From the NCBI GenBank assembly GCA_964491875.1, contig CAZBIC010000015.1, positions 57,856 to 121,855 on the forward strand: 64,000 bases of DNA, given 5' to 3'. The notes beneath the pieces are model-generated. The model did not search any database, was not told the origin of the DNA, and was given only the letters and a program-made list of their open reading frames with translations. The position numbers were made by a program, and so were the translations under genes. This stretch comes from an uncultured Bifidobacterium sp. GTDB taxonomy: Bacteria; Verrucomicrobiota; Verrucomicrobiia; Limisphaerales; JADJPG01. Below are positions 48,477 through 57,853 of this stretch, in pieces (position 1 is the stretch's first letter; every line of letters begins with the position of its first letter).

Positions 48477-48815
48477 TCAGCGACGGAATTGCATGGGCGC
48501 AGCACCCGGCATCTCGTGGGCGCAAGGCTGGTTAATCGGCGCGTCCGGCGTGCGATCGTTGGAAAACACAAGGCTGTTCGCCAGCAGATAAGCCTCCACT
48601 TCCTCACCGCTGATGTCCGGCAGCATCTTGCCGTTCACCTCGACACACGGGCTGAGCATCTGACCGCTCTTCTCGATCATCTCCGCTCGTTGCACGGGAT
48701 CATTGATGATGTCGCGGTCTTCGAAAGGCAGGTCATACTTTCGCATGATGGCGCGCACACCCTGGCTCCAGCCGCAGGTCGGTTTCAAATAAGCGATAAT
48801 CTTTGGCTTTGTCAT
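48477..48815 (-). CDS. Monothiol glutaredoxin-like protein
   Basis: YLKPTCGWS active site; EMIEKSGQMLSPCVEV cis-Pro loop. Confidence 0.85.
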   Translation of the reverse strand: MTKPKIIAYLKPTCGWSQGVRAIMRKYDLPFEDRDIINDPVQRAEMIEKSGQMLSPCVEVNGKMLPDISGEEVEAYLLANSLVFSNDRTPDAPINQPCAHEMPGAAPMQFRR

Positions 48816-48940
48816 ATTGCAGCCAATTTTGAGCACGCCACCCGGCACGTCAAGTCTGCGGCAGGTTTCTTTTGACGCCTAATTTCCCGTCCGCCGACTT
48901 TCAAGTTGCCCATACTCAGCCCCTCGTCGTTAACTGCGCC

Positions 48941-50050
48941 ATGCCGTTGCAAGTCCTAATCGCGCCCGACAAGTTCAAGGGCACGCTGACCGCCCATCAG
49001 GCTGCCGAGGCCATTGCCCGCGGCTGGAAATCAGTGCGTCCCACCGACGTTCTTGCGCTGCTCCCCATGAGCGATGGCGGCGACGGTTTCGGCGAAATCA
49101 TCAGCGAGCTCATCGGCGCGCAGCCGCAGACTACCGAGACCGTCGACGCCGCCCGCCGCCCTCTCGACGCCATCTGGTGGTGGCACGAGGAATCGAAGAC
49201 CGCGATCGTCGAGTCCGCCCGCGTCATCGGACTCGCCATGTTGCCGCGCGGAAAATATCACCCGTTCGAACTCGACACCTTCGGGCTAGGCGCAGTGCTG
49301 AGCGATGCTGCCAATCATGGCGCGAAGAACAGCATCGTCGGCATTGGCGGGAGCGCGACCAACGACGGCGGCTTCGGCATGGCCCGCGCGCTCGGCTGGC
49401 AGTTCTTCAACAGCCACGAGGAAGACATCACCCGCTGGACCGAGCTGCATCACCTCTCCTTAATCCGGCCTCCAGCCGAAGTGCGACTGTTCGAAAACCT
49501 CACCGTCGCCGTAGACGTGCAGAACCCGCTCCTCGGCCCTTCCGGAAGCAGCCGGGTGTATGGACCACAGAAAGGCCTCACAGAATTCGACCTCGCGGAA
49601 CGTTGCCTCGGCAAGCTCGCCGCCGTGATGGAATCCGAGCTGAAGATTTCCCACGCCAACACGCCCGGCGCCGGCGCCGCGGGCGGACTCGGCTACGGCT
49701 TGATGAGTTTCCTCGGAGCGAAGATGGAGCCCGGCATCGACATCTTCGAACGCCACGCCCGACTCTCTGAGCGCGTCCAGCAATCGCAGCTTGTCATCAC
49801 CGGTGAAGGCGCGCTCGACGCGCAGACGCTGATGGGAAAAGGTGTCGGTGAGATTGCGAACGTCTGTCAGAAGCACGCGGTTCCCTGCCTTGGAATCGCT
49901 GGGTTCGTCCCGGATCCGGAACAGGCGAAGACCAAGTTTGCCGGGACGTGGGCATTGACACCGCATTTCACCGACAAGGAATCCGCGATGCACGAACCCG
50001 CGCATTGGCTCGAGCGTCTCGCGGCTAAAGCTGCCCAGGAATGGCGCTGA
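48941..50050 (+). CDS. glxK: Glycerate kinase (GlxK/GarK family)
   Basis: IAPDKFKGTL, DGGDG, GIGGSATNDGG, GAGAAGGLG and ITGEG motifs. Confidence 0.9.
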   Translation: MPLQVLIAPDKFKGTLTAHQAAEAIARGWKSVRPTDVLALLPMSDGGDGFGEIISELIGAQPQTTETVDAARRPLDAIWWWHEESKTAIVESARVIGLAMLPRGKYHPFELDTFGLGAVLSDAANHGAKNSIVGIGGSATNDGGFGMARALGWQFFNSHEEDITRWTELHHLSLIRPPAEVRLFENLTVAVDVQNPLLGPSGSSRVYGPQKGLTEFDLAERCLGKLAAVMESELKISHANTPGAGAAGGLGYGLMSFLGAKMEPGIDIFERHARLSERVQQSQLVITGEGALDAQTLMGKGVGEIANVCQKHAVPCLGIAGFVPDPEQAKTKFAGTWALTPHFTDKESAMHEPAHWLERLAAKAAQEWR

Positions 50051-50059
50051 GCCCGCGGC

Positions 50060-50995
50060 TCAGTGCATCTCCACGTCGCAGGTGCCGATGCCGCCGCGGT
50101 AGAAGTTGAACTGCACGTTCGGATGTTCCGCGAGCAGTGACATCGGGACGGACGTATCCACGATTCGATTCGCAATCATCCACGTCGTGAGCCGCTGGCC
50201 GAACGGATTGTCGTGTTTACCCGCGTGCCAGATGGAAACCTTCTCCGCCTTCCACGTCTCGACGGGCCCGACACTGATCGCCTTCGTCGGCACCATCGAA
50301 ATGTTGCCGCCGCCGGAGGTGCGCGCGTTCTGCGCAATGGTGAGCGGATGCAAATCCACCACGCGCGTCGCCAGCTTGCGATACTCAGCCGCGCTCGGCG
50401 GCGCCTTCTTGAACTTCCCACGGCGCGGCAGCGGATCGTTGAACGCCCAGTGCTTCACGTCGCCCTGACCGCCCTGCATCACCGCGCAACGCACGCCATT
50501 CCAGCTCTCACGATACGCCTTCGTATCGGCCTTCGGAAAATGCAGTTGCACATCGGGCATGCGCAGCTCTTTGCGAATGCGGTTGAAACACATCTCGCGA
50601 TCCGCGCGCTCGAACGACAGCGGATGCGACGCCGGAACTTCGCGACCGGTCGCCACATCGAACCACTCGTCCATGCCCCAGAAGTGCGCCGAACGCAGGC
50701 TGAGACCGAGTTCATTCACGAGTCGCGCAACGAGCGGCAACTGCTCCGTCGGCCCGATGGGACCGCAGATGCCGACCGGATTATCCGGCGTCGATTGCTT
50801 CCAAGCCGCAATGTATTCCAAGGCCTCGGCCAGATAGAAATCTTCCAGCGTGTCGTAAAAAACGACTTTGAAGCCGGGCCGCGAGAGCTTGAGCATCCGC
50901 TCCGGCGTGAGTCGCGCGGCGGCCTGGATGATGTCGTCGTCGAGCGTGGTGTAATCCCACCAGTCGGGAGAGATGGAGCTGAGTTTGCGAGGCAT
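50060..50995 (-). CDS. Divergent glucosamine-6-phosphate deaminase/isomerase (NagB-fold) protein
   Basis: [21 protein letters not shown] and [10 protein letters not shown] motifs align with NagB blocks. Confidence 0.75.
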   Translation of the reverse strand: MPRKLSSISPDWWDYTTLDDDIIQAAARLTPERMLKLSRPGFKVVFYDTLEDFYLAEALEYIAAWKQSTPDNPVGICGPIGPTEQLPLVARLVNELGLSLRSAHFWGMDEWFDVATGREVPASHPLSFERADREMCFNRIRKELRMPDVQLHFPKADTKAYRESWNGVRCAVMQGGQGDVKHWAFNDPLPRRGKFKKAPPSAAEYRKLATRVVDLHPLTIAQNARTSGGGNISMVPTKAISVGPVETWKAEKVSIWHAGKHDNPFGQRLTTWMIANRIVDTSVPMSLLAEHPNVQFNFYRGGIGTCDVEMH

Positions 50996-51013
50996 AGATT
51001 CAGGAGTCAGGAA

Positions 51014-51823
51014 TCAGGTGTCAGTCAGGAGCGGCAGCTTGAGCGAATCTTCGTACGCCGTATTCACGAGGCAGTTCTTCTTCAGCACCTCGGCCAGCGG
51101 ATCGATTTCCGTCGCGCTGAAGCCGAGGTGCGAGTGGCGTCGCCAGCCTTCGGCGTGCCGGAAGCGGCGCGACATCTTGCCGACCGCCGCAGACATCTCG
51201 TCCATCGCAATGAGATAGGAATCCATGCCCTGACTCGCATCAAGCCAAGCCTTCTGGCTGACGTGCGCCGCGAGCGATTCGCGCTTCGTGGCGTGGACGC
51301 TGGCGGTGTTCACGAACAAGCCCGGCACAATGCGCCGACGCAAACCATCGCGCAGGCCATGCGGCATGGCGTGGTAAACTGTCACATCGCCATCAACCGG
51401 GCCGCGAGCGGGCGTGGTCTGGAAGTTTGGCATGCCGCGCGTGAACGCTGCGGTGACCGCGAGTCGCGAGGTGTTCATGTGATCCTCCATGTAATCTTGC
51501 GGCGAGTGCGTGAGCACGACCGAAGGTTTCACGTCGCGAATCACCGCCGCCAGCCGGCGCAGCGTTTTCACTTCGTAGAGAATCTCCAGGTCATCGCACA
51601 TTGGAGGATGCCAGTGCGCGCCGAGAATCTTCGCCGCGCACTTTGCCTCGGCACGGCGCACGGTTCGCGTGCGTGCGGCGCTCATGCTCATGCTGCCGCA
51701 GTTGCCAGTGGAAAGATTGAGGTAATGAATCTCCCAGCCCGCGGCCTTGAGCAGCAGAAGCGTTCCCGCCATGCAGAACTCGATGTCGTCCGGATGCGCG
51801 GCGATGGCGAGAGCGGAAGGCAT
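51014..51823 (-). CDS. PIG-L/LmbE family N-deacetylase
   Basis: AHPDDIE, RRAEA, DYMEDH and AHVSQ motifs. Confidence 0.9.
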   Translation of the reverse strand: MPSALAIAAHPDDIEFCMAGTLLLLKAAGWEIHYLNLSTGNCGSMSMSAARTRTVRRAEAKCAAKILGAHWHPPMCDDLEILYEVKTLRRLAAVIRDVKPSVVLTHSPQDYMEDHMNTSRLAVTAAFTRGMPNFQTTPARGPVDGDVTVYHAMPHGLRDGLRRRIVPGLFVNTASVHATKRESLAAHVSQKAWLDASQGMDSYLIAMDEMSAAVGKMSRRFRHAEGWRRHSHLGFSATEIDPLAEVLKKNCLVNTAYEDSLKLPLLTDT

Positions 51824-51865
51824 GGTGGATTACAGGTAGGTCTGAGTTTCAGCGGCAACCGACAT

Positions 51866-51952
51866 AATGACCAATGTGCAATGACGCAATGACCGGGGAG
51901 CGCGCGATCATTCGACATTCACTGGTCATTGAACATTGCGTCATTGGTCATT
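51866..51952. repeat. Inverted array of AATGACC-type heptamers
   Basis: Left arm aatgacc-aatgtgc-aatgacgc-aatgacc; right arm is the reverse complement of aatgacc-aatgacgc-aatgttc-aatgacc. Confidence 0.85.
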
Positions 51953-51954
51953 CC

Positions 51955-52986
51955 TCAATGCTTCTTGTGCGCGTGGCGCTCGGAGGAGTTGTCCGCCGCG
52001 AAGATGACTTCGTGCGTGCGCAACGCGTGAGCGAGGCTGGTGAGCGGCATTTCGTGACCGGCGTTGAGCGCGGTGAAGAACGCCTCGAACTGCGTTTGAT
52101 ACGGATGGTCCGAGACATCGCCGGAATCGAGCATCTTCATCGAGAGCTCGCTCCACTGGCCCTTGTTCAGGCCGCCGAGCTGAGTCGAGTGAAACTTGTT
52201 GTCGAGCAGGCTGCCCTCGCTGCCCACGAGATGAACGTGGAAATAATACGGCTGCAAACAGTCGATCACCGACGCGCACTTGCCTACGCGACCGTCCTTG
52301 AACTTCAGGATCGTGACGCTCGTGGTCGGGTACTCGTACTTCGCGAAGTCGCGATTTGTGGAATGCGTCGAGTAGGAGCTGACGGTCTCCACGTCCGAGC
52401 CCATGCAGAGCAGGAGCGCGTCGAGGGCGTGGCAACCGGCCGAGAGCAGGCTGCTGCCGCCCGCGTCCTTGCGGGTGTTCCAGCGGAACTGTCCATACCA
52501 AGGCCCGATGCCGTGATAGTAATCCACTTCGCCGTAATGAATCTTGCCGAGCAGACCCTTGTCGATCACCGCCTTCGTCGCGAGGAACTGGCTGGAGAAG
52601 CGGCACTCGAAGCAGACGCACGTCTTCACCCCGGCGTCCTGCACGGCGGTCTGAATCGCGAGGCAATCCTGCCAGTTGAGCGCGAGCGGCTTCTCAATGA
52701 TGAGATGCTTACCCGCCTTCGCCGCCGCTACCGCGTGCTTTGCGTGGTCCTGCGGATAGCTGCAAATCGAAACGACATGGATGTCCGGATCCTTGAGCAT
52801 CTCCTCGACGCTGCTGAGGCACTTGATGTTACCGCCGTGCCGTGCGCTGACTTCGGCGGAGTTCAGCGGGCGCGCGGAACAAACCGCAGTGACCTGTGCG
52901 TGCGGCGTGGCGTTGATGGCGGCGATGTGAGCGGTGGCAACCCAGCCGTAGCCGATGATGCCGACGTTGTAGCGTTTCGAACTCAT
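51955..52986 (-). CDS. Gfo/Idh/MocA family oxidoreductase
   Basis: GIIGYGWVA, GKHLIIEKP and GCHALD motifs. Confidence 0.92.
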   Translation of the reverse strand: MSSKRYNVGIIGYGWVATAHIAAINATPHAQVTAVCSARPLNSAEVSARHGGNIKCLSSVEEMLKDPDIHVVSICSYPQDHAKHAVAAAKAGKHLIIEKPLALNWQDCLAIQTAVQDAGVKTCVCFECRFSSQFLATKAVIDKGLLGKIHYGEVDYYHGIGPWYGQFRWNTRKDAGGSSLLSAGCHALDALLLCMGSDVETVSSYSTHSTNRDFAKYEYPTTSVTILKFKDGRVGKCASVIDCLQPYYFHVHLVGSEGSLLDNKFHSTQLGGLNKGQWSELSMKMLDSGDVSDHPYQTQFEAFFTALNAGHEMPLTSLAHALRTHEVIFAADNSSERHAHKKH

Positions 52987-53131
52987 AAGAAATCCGGGAG
53001 CGATGATTGATGCCGATGCCAAACCTTCCCGCCGGCAAAGTCAAAGTAAAACCAGCCCGCAGCCGCTTCTGAGCTCACGAATGCCGTTTTCCGCTTTGCA
53101 CTTTGGAGACGCGCTTTCTACTCTCACCAGC

Positions 53132-53413
53132 ATGTCAGATTTTAACGTGAAATACGTGGCGCACCTCGCCCGACTCAGCCTCACGCCGGAGGAGGAACAA
53201 AAGTTCGGCGCGCAACTCGGCCAGGTGCTCGGCTACATTGAGAAGCTCAAGGAAGTCGACGTGAGCCATGTCGAGCCCACCGCGCACGCCGTGCCGCTGG
53301 TCAACGTCACCCGCCCCGATGTCGTCCGCCCGTCGCTTCCGAACGAAGACGCGTTGCGCAACGCGCCGCTGAAATCGAACGGACTGTTCGTCGTGCCCAA
53401 GATCGTCGAGTAA
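53132..53413 (+). CDS. gatC: Asp/Glu-tRNA amidotransferase subunit C
   Basis: VAHLARL, VEPTAH and NAP....FVVPKI motifs. Confidence 0.95.
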   Translation: MSDFNVKYVAHLARLSLTPEEEQKFGAQLGQVLGYIEKLKEVDVSHVEPTAHAVPLVNVTRPDVVRPSLPNEDALRNAPLKSNGLFVVPKIVE

Positions 53414-53440
53414 CGACGGCGTTCCCTCACTCCCTTTCCC

Positions 53441-54904
53441 ATGCTGAACAGCCTCACCATTTCCGAACTCGTCGCTCGGCTCGCGAAACGCGAAACCTCC
53501 GCACGCCACGTCACCCAGGCGTGCCTCGATCAAATCTCGCGCGTCGATGGAAACATTCACGCGTTCCTCAGCTATGACGCGCCCGACGCCTTGGCTCAAG
53601 CCGACGCTGCCGACAAAGCGCTCGCGTCCGGCACGACCCACGCGCAACGTCCCCTGCTCGGCGTTCCCATCGCGCTGAAGGACGTACTCGCCGTGAAGAA
53701 CCAGCCGCTCGGCTGCGCGTCGAAGATTCTCACGAAGTTCACCTCGCCCTACGACGCCACCGTCGTCGAGAAACTGAAAGCGGCTGGCGCCATCGTCTTC
53801 GGGCGATTGAACATGGACGAGTTCGCGATGGGCAGCTCGACGGAGAACTCTGCCTTCGTGACAACACGCAACCCGTGGGACACCGCGCGCATTCCCGGCG
53901 GTTCGTCCGGCGGATCCGCCGCTGCGGTCGCGGCTGATGAATGTCTGGCCACGCTCGGCAGCGACACCGGCGGATCAATCCGCCAGCCCGCGGCGCTCTG
54001 CGGCTGCGTCGGACTCAAGCCCACTTACGGACGCGTCTCTCGCTACGGCCTCGTCGCCTTTGCCTCGTCGCTCGATCAAATCGGTCCGTTCACCAAGGAC
54101 ATCCGCGACGCGGCCACGATACTCAATGTCATCAGTGGACGCGACGAGCGCGATTCCACCAGCGTGCCCGAGCCGGTGCCTGACTACACCGCTGCGCTGA
54201 CCGGCAACATCAAGGGACTCAGGATCGGTCTGCCGAAGGAATACTTCATCGGCGGTCTCGATAAGGAAGTGACGGATGCCGTCAATGCCGCGGTGAAGCA
54301 GTTGGAGAAACTCGGCGCGGAGATCGTCGAAATTTCCCTACCGCACACCGATTACGCCGTCGCTGTTTACTACATCATCGCGACAGCCGAAGCCTCCGCG
54401 AACCTCGCGCGCTTTGACGGCATTCGTTACGGTCTGCGCGTGGATGGGGCGGACCCAATTGAACTCTACAGCAAGACCCGCGGCGCGGGCTTCGGACCGG
54501 AAGTGAAGCGCCGCATCATTCTCGGCACCTACGTGCTGAGCAGCGGTTACTACGACGCGTATTACCTCCGCGCGCAAAAGGTCCGCACGCTGATCCGTCA
54601 GGATTTCTTGAAAGCGTTTGAGAAGGTCGACCTCGTCGTCACGCCCACCACGCCGACGCCGGCATTCAAGGCAGGTGAGAAGTCTGATGACCCGATGCAG
54701 ATGTATCTCTCCGACATCTTCACCATCTCGTGCAATCTCGCCGGCATTCCGGGCGTGAGCCTGCCGTGCGGATTCTCGACCAACCCGAAACTCCCCATCG
54801 GCCTGCAACTGCTTGGGAAGCCGTTCGGCGAAGAAACTCTCCTCCGTGCCGCGCACGCTTACGAGCAATCCACGGCGTGGCACAAGGAACGTCCGAAACT
54901 CTAA
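53441..54904 (+). CDS. gatA: Asp/Glu-tRNA amidotransferase subunit A
   Basis: [26 protein letters not shown] and EVKRRIILG motifs. Confidence 0.97.
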   Translation: MLNSLTISELVARLAKRETSARHVTQACLDQISRVDGNIHAFLSYDAPDALAQADAADKALASGTTHAQRPLLGVPIALKDVLAVKNQPLGCASKILTKFTSPYDATVVEKLKAAGAIVFGRLNMDEFAMGSSTENSAFVTTRNPWDTARIPGGSSGGSAAAVAADECLATLGSDTGGSIRQPAALCGCVGLKPTYGRVSRYGLVAFASSLDQIGPFTKDIRDAATILNVISGRDERDSTSVPEPVPDYTAALTGNIKGLRIGLPKEYFIGGLDKEVTDAVNAAVKQLEKLGAEIVEISLPHTDYAVAVYYIIATAEASANLARFDGIRYGLRVDGADPIELYSKTRGAGFGPEVKRRIILGTYVLSSGYYDAYYLRAQKVRTLIRQDFLKAFEKVDLVVTPTTPTPAFKAGEKSDDPMQMYLSDIFTISCNLAGIPGVSLPCGFSTNPKLPIGLQLLGKPFGEETLLRAAHAYEQSTAWHKERPKL

Positions 54905-54922
54905 ACTGATCCGTTCCCGTTT

Positions 54923-55129
54923 ATGGCCACGTACGTCTACGAAACGATCCCGCAGAACGCGAAACAGAAGCCGCGTCGCTTCGAAGTGGTGCAGAAGATG
55001 AGCGATCCCGCGCTCACGAAAGATCCCGAGACCGGCGAACCCATCCGCCGTGTCATCGTCGGCGGCAGCGGTTGGGTCACGCACGGCGCCAGCATCCTTT
55101 CGATGAAAGTTCCGCGCGGGCGGAAGTAG
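54923..55129 (+). CDS. FmdB-family zinc-ribbon-like protein lacking cysteines
   Basis: MATYVYE...FEVVQKMSDPAL..DP.TG..IRRVI matches the FmdB scaffold. Confidence 0.75.
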   Translation: MATYVYETIPQNAKQKPRRFEVVQKMSDPALTKDPETGEPIRRVIVGGSGWVTHGASILSMKVPRGRK

Positions 55130-55150
55130 GTTCTTCGCGCGCTTTTTCTT

Positions 55151-55579
55151 GTGAAGATTGCTCTCGCCTCCGACCACGCCGGCTTCGAATACAAGGAGGC
55201 GATTCGCGAATGGCTGCTCGCGCGCGGTCACGACGTAAAGGACTTCGGCACCTTCAGCAATCAATCCGTCGACTACCCTGACTTCATCCGTCCCGCGGCG
55301 GAGGCGGTTGCTCGTGGCGAATACGAACGCGGCATCGTCCTCGGCGGTTCCGGCAACGGCGAAGCCATCGTGGCGAACAAGGTGCGCGGCGTCCGCTGTG
55401 GGCTGTGCTGGAACGAGGAATCCGCCCGTCTGAACCGGCAGCACAACGACGGCAATGTGCTGGCACTGGGGCAACGAATGATGTCGCGTGAACTGGCTCT
55501 TCGCATCGTGGAGATTTGGCTGACGACTCCCTTCGAAGGCGGACGACACCTCCCGCGCATCCGTAAGATCGAAGGCTGA
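55151..55579 (+). CDS. rpiB: Ribose-5-phosphate isomerase B
   Basis: SDHAG, DYPD, GGSGNG, ANKV.GVR, HND and FEGGRH motifs. Confidence 0.95.
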   Translation: MKIALASDHAGFEYKEAIREWLLARGHDVKDFGTFSNQSVDYPDFIRPAAEAVARGEYERGIVLGGSGNGEAIVANKVRGVRCGLCWNEESARLNRQHNDGNVLALGQRMMSRELALRIVEIWLTTPFEGGRHLPRIRKIEG

Positions 55580-55586
55580 GCAGGCG

Positions 55587-56324
55587 CTACGGCTTCGCGG
55601 CTTCCAGGATTTTCACCGCATCATCCACCGGCTCGTACCCTAGCAACCGCTGCGCATTGCTGATGTCCCAGCACCGCCCGGTGTTGCTTGAAATGCCGAA
55701 GAAGACGCCGAACGGCAGCTCCGTTTGCACAGACTTCACGAGCAGTTGAACCAAATCCCGCGGGCTGCACCATTCACGCTGAATATCACCGGGCGTGCGC
55801 AACAGCTCGCTGTCGTATGGCTGAAACCAGCACAGCCGGATGACGACCATGGACATGCCGTGCTTGTCCGAGTAGTGGCGGGCGAGTGCTTCGCCGAACA
55901 ACTTCGTGCAGGCGTAGACGGTCGATGGCCTCGCGAGCATGTCGGTCGTCACCAGATCGCCCTTGGGATAGTTCAGCACCGTCTGTCCCGTGCTCGTGAA
56001 GACGACCTTCTTGACGCCCGCTTGCCTCGCCGCCTCGAACGCGTTGTAGACTCCTTCAAGATTCATCGGCAGCAGGCACGTGTGAAAATCGGCTTCATCC
56101 GAAATCGCCGCGAGATGAATCATTGCCTTCACGCCGGCACACGCTAGACGAATGGCATCGAGGTCCCGGATGTCGGCCAGCACAAACTCGTCATCACCAT
56201 CCAGCGTGATCGACTTTAGCGGCTGGGCATCGAGCAGACGCAGCGCGTAATGTTCGCGCAACAACGGCACGATCTCCTTGCCCACCCGTCCACCCGGGCC
56301 CGTCACCAAAATGCGGTCTCGCAT
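55587..56324 (-). CDS. NAD-dependent epimerase/dehydratase (uronate dehydrogenase-like)
   Basis: VTGPGGRVG, IHLAA, YACTK and WCSPRD motifs. Confidence 0.85.
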   Translation of the reverse strand: MRDRILVTGPGGRVGKEIVPLLREHYALRLLDAQPLKSITLDGDDEFVLADIRDLDAIRLACAGVKAMIHLAAISDEADFHTCLLPMNLEGVYNAFEAARQAGVKKVVFTSTGQTVLNYPKGDLVTTDMLARPSTVYACTKLFGEALARHYSDKHGMSMVVIRLCWFQPYDSELLRTPGDIQREWCSPRDLVQLLVKSVQTELPFGVFFGISSNTGRCWDISNAQRLLGYEPVDDAVKILEAAKP

Positions 56325-56325
56325 A

Positions 56326-57057
56326 TCACGCCGGCCAGACGGCGCGATAAAAGAACGCCGCCGCCACGCCACCGATCACCGGACCCACAATCGGAATCCA
56401 CGCGTAGCCCCAATCGGATCCACCCTTGCCGGAGATCGGCAACAGCGCGTAGGCGAGCCGCGGGCCCAAATCACGCGCCGGATTGATCGCGTAACCGGTC
56501 GGGCCTCCCAGCGAGATGCCGATGGCAAGCACGATGAAGCCGACGAGCAACGGACCGAAGCCTTCCTTAAAGCCGCTGCCAGCGACAAGATTCGCCGGCG
56601 TCAGAATCGCCAGCACGCCGAGCACGAGCACAAACGTCCCGATGATTTCACAGATGAGGTTCGATAACGGATTCCGAATTGCCGGAGCGGTGCAGAACAC
56701 GCCGAGCTTGCTCGCAGGGTCCGCTGTCTCGCGCCAGTGCGGCAGATATGCGAGCCACACCAACACGGCGCCCGTGAACGCTCCCGCCATCTGCGCCGCG
56801 ATGTAGCCCGCGACGTCCGCCGCCGCGAACTTTCCAATCGCCGCCATCGCCAGCGTCACGGCGGGATTGAAATGTCCGCCGCTGAACGAACCGAAGCAGT
56901 ACACGGCGAGCGTCACCGCCAAGCCCCAGCCCGTGGCTACCACCATCCAGCCCGCGTTCTGCGCCTTGGATTTGTTCAGCGCCACGTTCGCCACCACGCC
57001 GTCGCCGAGGAGAATCAGCAACGCCGTGCCGAGATATTCCGCCAGTAGTTTACTCAT
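56326..57057 (-). CDS. glpF: Aquaglyceroporin (MIP family)
   Basis: HFNPAVT and GYAINPARD motifs. Confidence 0.9.
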   Translation of the reverse strand: MSKLLAEYLGTALLILLGDGVVANVALNKSKAQNAGWMVVATGWGLAVTLAVYCFGSFSGGHFNPAVTLAMAAIGKFAAADVAGYIAAQMAGAFTGAVLVWLAYLPHWRETADPASKLGVFCTAPAIRNPLSNLICEIIGTFVLVLGVLAILTPANLVAGSGFKEGFGPLLVGFIVLAIGISLGGPTGYAINPARDLGPRLAYALLPISGKGGSDWGYAWIPIVGPVIGGVAAAFFYRAVWPA

Positions 57058-57090
57058 GATGAAATCAAATGCCGCACGAACACACCGCAC

Positions 57091-57849
57091 TCATTGCGCC
57101 GTCCAACCGCCATCGATCAACACGTCCGTTCCAGTGATGAACCCGGACTCGTCCGAACAGAGATACACTGCGAGCTTGCCGATCTCCTCGACATTGCCCC
57201 AGCGACCCGCCGGAATCTTCGAGATGAACTGCGCGTTCGCCTCCGGGTTCTGGAGAATCGGCGTGTTCATCTCCGTCGCGAACGGTCCGGGACTGATGCC
57301 GTTCACCGTGATCTTCTCCGGTGCCAGCTCCAGCGCGAGCGCCTTGGTGAAGCCGAGCAACCCCGCCTTGCTCGCGCAATAGGCCGTCCGCTGCGGCAAG
57401 GCGATGTGGCTCATGATCGAGGTCATGTTGAGGATGCGTCCGTAGCCTCGCCCTTTCATCTGCGGCACGAACGCACGACAGAGCAGAAAGACGCTGGTGA
57501 GATTCGTGTCCTGCACGGCGCGCCACTCGTCGAGCGTGAACTCCGTGACCGGCTTGCGGATGTTGATGCCGGCATTGTTGATGAGAATCTGCGCCGGACC
57601 GACCAGCGCTGAGACATTGTCCGGGAGGCGTTTCACCTGTTCCTCGTGCGTCACGTCCGCGACCAACACGTGAGCTTCACCACCGCGTTGACGACACTCC
57701 GCCGCGACGGCTTCGAGTTGCTCGCGATTCCGTGAGACGAGGACGACCTTGACGCCCGCTTCCGCCAGCGAAAGGGCCATGGCCTTGCCCAGGCCTTTGC
57801 TCGCGCCGGTGATGACCGCCACTTTCCCGGCCAGTTTCTTTTCGCTCAT
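57091..57849 (-). CDS. Short-chain dehydrogenase/reductase (gluconate 5-dehydrogenase/FabG-like)
   Basis: TGASKGLG, NNAG and YCASK motifs. Confidence 0.92.
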   Translation of the reverse strand: MSEKKLAGKVAVITGASKGLGKAMALSLAEAGVKVVLVSRNREQLEAVAAECRQRGGEAHVLVADVTHEEQVKRLPDNVSALVGPAQILINNAGINIRKPVTEFTLDEWRAVQDTNLTSVFLLCRAFVPQMKGRGYGRILNMTSIMSHIALPQRTAYCASKAGLLGFTKALALELAPEKITVNGISPGPFATEMNTPILQNPEANAQFISKIPAGRWGNVEEIGKLAVYLCSDESGFITGTDVLIDGGWTAQ

Positions 57850-57853
57850 GAGG

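Noticed and set aside
53132-54904. Missing gatB as a defect
   Set aside because: Split gatCA and gatB loci are common, so gatB is probably elsewhere in the genome.
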